Assembly: GCA_002269645.1 (NCBI GenBank)
Contig: NIVC01000405.1
Span: 314,173 to 378,172, forward strand
Length of the DNA: 64,000 bases
Source: Macrostomum lignano
Lineage: Eukaryota
Direction of reading: 5' to 3'
Each line of letters starts with the position of its first letter. Position 1 is the first letter of the stretch. Under the pieces are notes generated by a model. That model saw only the letters and a program-made list of their open reading frames with translations. It was not told the origin of the DNA and made no database searches. The translations under genes were made by a program, and so were the position numbers. Positions 59,404-64,000 of the stretch are shown one piece after another.

Positions 59404-60246
59404 CTGGACAAAGCAGAACCGCCACGCCGAGTCATTTTTTAGCAGACAGTGCTGCACAGACGATTCGCTGTGCATGCTAAAGCTGCTGTAGTGCAGAGGA
59501 ATGCCACGCAGCGGCCGATGACCAGATAGAAGCAGCTGAGACAGTTTCTGCAGCGCCTCGCCTGGCTGATTGAATCGCATATAGGCCAGGGCGGCGAGGC
59601 ATTCGCGCGTCGTGCGAGCATAGTCAGGCAGTTGCTGGATGTCGTTCAGTAGCGCGTTCAAATTTATCCGACAGTGGACTCCAGCCCCGACAGATAATTC
59701 GCGAAGGAAATGCCGCACACGCTCGTGCAGCTCGTGGTACTTCGGCTGGGCGGTAGGCTTAGATTGTGGCGGCTTCTGTCGGGCGGAGTCCTTAGAGCCG
59801 AGAATCTGTTTAATCTGCTTACTGCGAGGTAGCAGCATAAACGGATGATAATCTAGTGCCGCGTTGGGCCTCAGCGGCTGCAAGTGACCTAAAAACTCAG
59901 TGAGAACTTGGTCAAGGCTATTCCTGACATCTAGAACCGCTCTCAGAGTAGGTCGCTTGTCATCTGCGCTGCTCGGTAAATTGTTCGACCGCTTCAGGTA
60001 CAGTGGTGAATCGTTGAAGAAGAAACTATGCATGCCGATTCCAGGACCAGTACGTCGCAGGTCCTCAGCTAGCTTGTCCAACGCCTCAGCCGTTAGTTCC
60101 GGAAGTCGTTCCGGTCGCCATTGGTCCGGCGGTGTCTCCCGCAACATGCGAAATGCGAGAGTCTTGGCGTGGAATGATTTTAATTGTCCGCCACGTTTGT
60201 TGATGACCCGTTTGAATAGGTACTTCAGAATTGTGTACAGTTGACC
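59404..60246 (-). CDS. Ankyrin-cGLR gene exon: Mab-21 C-terminal helical domain and tail
   Basis: GQLYTILKYLFK...LKSFHAKTLAF...WRPERL...LDKLAEDL...HSFF matches the Mab-21/cGAS C-lobe pattern; CAG/GTG boundaries, phase 0. Confidence 0.8.
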
Positions 60247-60340
60247 CTGCATAAAGTACAGAGATTAACTGCCTAATTTCAGGAATTTAGAGAGCATAAC
60301 TTTATGCACTGTTAGACAGAACATGTACTTTAATTTTTAC

Positions 60341-60639
60341 CTGTACATCGGTAAAGCTGCGTACTAACAACAGTTCCAACCATTTAGTGCTGATCCGCAA
60401 CTGCTTGCCTTCCATATCCGGTAGGGATGCACCAACAAGTGGACAAGCGTTGGGCAGCTCTGTCGCTTCTCTGAGCTGTTTAAGTAGCTGGGGAGATAGG
60501 TAGCTTGGAGATTCAAAAATGTCTACTTTGGGATAGGCGCAACAGCAGTACATCAGAGCCATGTCCATCGCGGGACGCCCCAGACAGCCGTATTGGGTGC
60601 GTGCCGGATGAGCCGCTGCAATGATAATTGACATTTCTT
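60341..60639 (-). CDS. Ankyrin-cGLR gene exon: third catalytic Asp strand and CxLV...RIS...E motif
   Basis: AMDMALMYCCCAYP...ACPLVG...LRISTKWLELLL; phase 1 acceptor at 60640, phase 0 donor at 60340. Confidence 0.8.
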
Positions 60640-60738
60640 CTAAGGTATTTAATAATGTATATACTTGCTGTTAATTTTGGTTTAAGTATTCAAAAGTACA
60701 AGCTGAACTTTAGTTCAGAAAATTATAGAGCAACTCAC

Positions 60739-61154
60739 CGTAGCCAGAAAACCAAACGTGCCCCTTTTCGTACTTAAGAGTTGTCTTATCCTCGTTTTCA
60801 GTGTTTGCCGCTAACTCATCAGCCCTTTCGTCGCTAGTTTCAGCAGCTGATTTGTTAATGCTCTTCACACCGACATCACTGTTGCATTGGCACTTTCCCG
60901 ATAAATGATACAACCGATCGTCCACGTATTCCGATATGTCGATATCCGAGTCTTCGTCCACTCGACCACCCAGTCGACAAACTGAGCTGCCCCAGCCTTC
61001 GGCGAAGCTGCCGCACAGATGCAACCGCTTGGACGATTCATTATTTGAATAGTTACTTATGAGTCCTTGCAAGTGATCGGCAACGGCAGCTTGTAGCGAG
61101 GCTCGACCATAAACGAATCCAGAATCGACCAGAGCTTTGTGAAGGCGAAGACCG
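60739..61154 (-). CDS. Ankyrin-cGLR gene exon: nucleotidyltransferase signature
   Basis: GLRLHKALVDSGFVYGRASLQAAVADHLQGL...LCGSFAEGWG...DEDSDIDISE (hGS...DhD); phase 2 acceptor at 61155, GTGAGT donor at 60738. Confidence 0.85.
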
Positions 61155-61705
61155 CTTTGTAAAGTAGAATTTTGGATGCAGAATAAAATTTATTATTGAA
61201 GTGATTCATGTAGTTTATCATGTGGCTAGATAGAAAAGAGGTTGTAAATACACATATAAACAATTAAATGCGTCAACGCATTTGATAAGATACGAGCGTT
61301 GAAATCTTGTATCAAGATATGTACATGTGTGACGGTGTCCCTTCGGTCGTTATTATATTTGGGGGTTAATCACTTTCTGTAATCATTCGGGACATCTATT
61401 AAAGTGTAATTTAACATCTGCTCACGCTGCTTAAGAAAGGTTTGTAAGAGTAGCGTAGGAAATTGGCTGACATTTGTTTTACCATTTAAGTTTTGCAACT
61501 ATACGAGCTATAAACATTGAATTAGAACTCAAATTGCATTAACCTGAGTCATTTAGGCTTTAAGTGCTACAGCCCTACGATCGCTGGAAGTTCAGATAGT
61601 CACATTTAGCGTTAACTTCCCAAGTCATTCTTGCCTATGCGTTGGCTTTGTTATTTCGGTATTCGTCACACATGTACTATACACAATTCTAAACATTGCT
61701 CTTAC

Positions 61706-62520
61706 TTGACTTTGGTGCCAGAAACGGATGTGAGTTGCTTTGGTTGAGATATTCTGTCTATTGGGTCGCCGTTATTTGACGGGTAATCGTCTGCTTCTTG
61801 AAAGCATTTCAATAAGGGTGCCATGTAGCTGCTGGGAAAGTCGAAGCAATGTTTAACAAGTCGTTGCGCACAATCTATGTGCTGGAACAGGACAGCTACG
61901 TCTAGCGACGTCAGCTGATGCCGATGCTCTATTTGCAAAGGATCTGCCCCTTCCGACAGCAGTACACCGAGCGCTTCCGCGCGTCCGCACATTGCCGCCA
62001 GGTGGAGCGGCGTCCAGCTGTCTGCCAGTGGTGGAGCGACCATCGCTCCGGCTTTCAGCAGGCAACGCACGACTTCGGCGTCTCCAGTCCAAGCCGCGGC
62101 GTGCAACGGCGTCCAGCCACGGCGAGCTTTGGCCTGCACCGGAGCGTCAGTTTGGGCCAATAGGACTTTAACAACGTCTAGTCGGCGAAGCCGACAGGCA
62201 ACATGAAGCGGCGTCCAGCCGTCGTTGGACATTATAGATTGGGAGGCGCCATGCTCAAGTAGCAAGCGTACAACACCTAAATGGCCGCGGTGCGATGCGT
62301 AATGAAGCGGCGTAACTCCCTAAACGCTATCGCGAAGATTTACAGTGGCTCCAGCTTCTATCAGCGCCTTAGCAGCGTTGCCATGACCGCTGTCTGCCGC
62401 GTGATGCAACGGTGACCAGCCCTTGGTATCCTGCAGGTCCAGATTGGTGCAAATGGACTTCTTGGCCAGTTGCGAGACCACCGACTCGTGACCGCGACGG
62501 GCTGCGGCGTGAATCGGTGC
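61706..62520 (-). CDS. Ankyrin-cGLR gene exon: about 7 ankyrin repeats; in-frame TAG at 62320-62322
   Basis: APIHAAARRG, WSPLHHAADSG, VTPLHYASHRG, WTPLHVAC, WTPLHAAAWTG, WTPLHLAAMCG, LTSLDVA; TTTCAG acceptor at 62521, GTAAGA donor at 61705. Confidence 0.8.
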
Positions 62521-62593
62521 CTGAAATGTACTTTAAGATAAGGTACATGGATCAGGTACCTGCAAGTTATGGAAACTCACAATCAAAACTGAC

Positions 62594-63164
62594 CCATCCT
62601 AGTAGATTGCGAATGTTGACGTCGATGTCTTCTGTTTTGAGTAAGATGCGCACTGGCTCCGGAAGCCCCAGTGGGCTGCGACGTGCAGCGGGTAGACTGT
62701 CGATCATCCACCGCACTGACCGTAGCTCCGCCGGACTTCAAGAGTTCACTAACCAGATCGGCTTTGTTTTTCTCGCATGCTGCGTGTAGCGGAGTTCGAC
62801 CATCTCGATTTGACAAGTCCACGATTGCGCCAGACTTCAGCAACAGTTTTGCTGGAGTTAGCTGGCCTCTCAGAGCTGCAAGGTACAATGGAGTGGCTCC
62901 GTCCTTGTCGCGGGCGTTCACCGCGAAGGCTCTGTTGATTCCATCGCGTTGAAACAGTTCAAGCAGCTCCTTGACTGCTTCACTGTTGCCTAGTAGAGCT
63001 GCTTCGTGTAACGGCGTGCGATTATTGAAATCATTGCGACACTTCTGCAGCTGCCGAGGGTTTAACATAGGCAGAAGGTTTTTCAGCTGGCTAATTTGAT
63101 TCTGTTGAATGGCTTTTAGTATGGCCTTGCAGATCGACATCGAATGCAAAATGTCGTGCTTCAT
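62594..63164 (-). CDS. Ankyrin-cGLR gene, first identified coding exon: about 4 ankyrin repeats; two 1 bp deletions near 62661 and 62691
   Basis: RTPLHEAALLG, ATPLYLAALRG, RTPLHAAC. Adding one C at each of two C-runs restores STPLHVAAHWGFPEPVRILLKTEDIDVNIRNLLGW, which joins the next exon. The start codon is uncertain. Confidence 0.72.
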
Positions 63165-64000
63165 ACTTTCGCGCCTTTTTTCAGAGCATTCTGCATTCAA
63201 TAGTGGGCTTAATATGTTCCTTTACTGCCTGTTCTAGCAGCAAAGCTGCGTACTGAATTTGTACACACCCTCAAAGCGTTCTCTAATAGCATAGGTCGGA
63301 CCACACCAACAAGAAGAATGAGCACGTACTCATAATTAATGCACGGCTTTTTGACGTAAACCCTACCCCCTGTAGGAATTCTCAACACTTTATAGCCAAC
63401 TACAAACGTATCACATTGCACTGTACAGGTCAATTTTGATCCACACGGATGCATGACTCATACCAAACGAACGGTGTAATTAGGAACGAAAACTATCCTA
63501 CAACTTGGTGTCTAATATTTTTTTGTAAATCAGCTATAACAAGCAATTAGCCTACCCATTGTATTATGAATTACGAATTTGAGCAGAAACTCAGAAAGAA
63601 GACGAAAAACTGCTGTTGCTATAGAAAATAATAAACTCTGATTTGATCTCCTTGAATACTTGTGCAAGCTTGCCTGTTCCAAAACGAACGTACAATCGTA
63701 CAATGAGCAGCATATGTTAGAGTTTACATCAGGAAATGAGTGGACAACATGTTGCTGAGTGTATTAACTTTTGTCAATTATGAGTTGCTTCCTTTAAAAT
63801 TATTAATATACGAGGAGTGTCCCAAAAGTAGTTTTAACTAGATTTGACTTAACTGGTCATTGGTCTCAAGTTCAACGGCTAAAGTGGATTTTATAGCAAC
63901 AACAGTTAAATATGATGCGAAGCACCGAAAAATCTTTATTTTTATTTCTACTATAAGCTTCAGCCAAATCGAAGTGTACTTAGTCGTGTGGACAAGAACT

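Overview
Eukaryotic (animal) genomic DNA with GC-rich exons, AT-rich intergenic DNA and a minisatellite in most introns. The style resembles a free-living flatworm such as Macrostomum, but that is inference only. Left half (housekeeping genes): the 5' end of a CH-domain MICAL-like/EHBP1-type gene (-), intronless prefoldin 2 (-), an 8-exon KMT2E/SETD5/UpSET-family PHD+SET gene (+), and a tandem pair of MAPEG genes (+). One MAPEG gene is a canonical MGST3; the other has lost the glutathione-binding motif. Right half (transposon-rich): two disrupted, putatively immune-type genes on the minus strand, an FN3 + septin/AIG1-like GTPase and a gene fusing about 11 ankyrin repeats to a cGAS-like/Mab-21 nucleotidyltransferase with an intact catalytic triad. 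Also present: an intact RTE LINE whose start codon sits inside an HDV-like ribozyme core, a 6.3 kb inverted repeat with 3 kb arms carrying LTR-like promoters, a 5.2 kb Mutator-like element with PHD+FLYWCH remnants, and several MITE/foldback elements. Exon boundaries were inferred by hand from GT/AG sites and frame continuity. No database searches were run.
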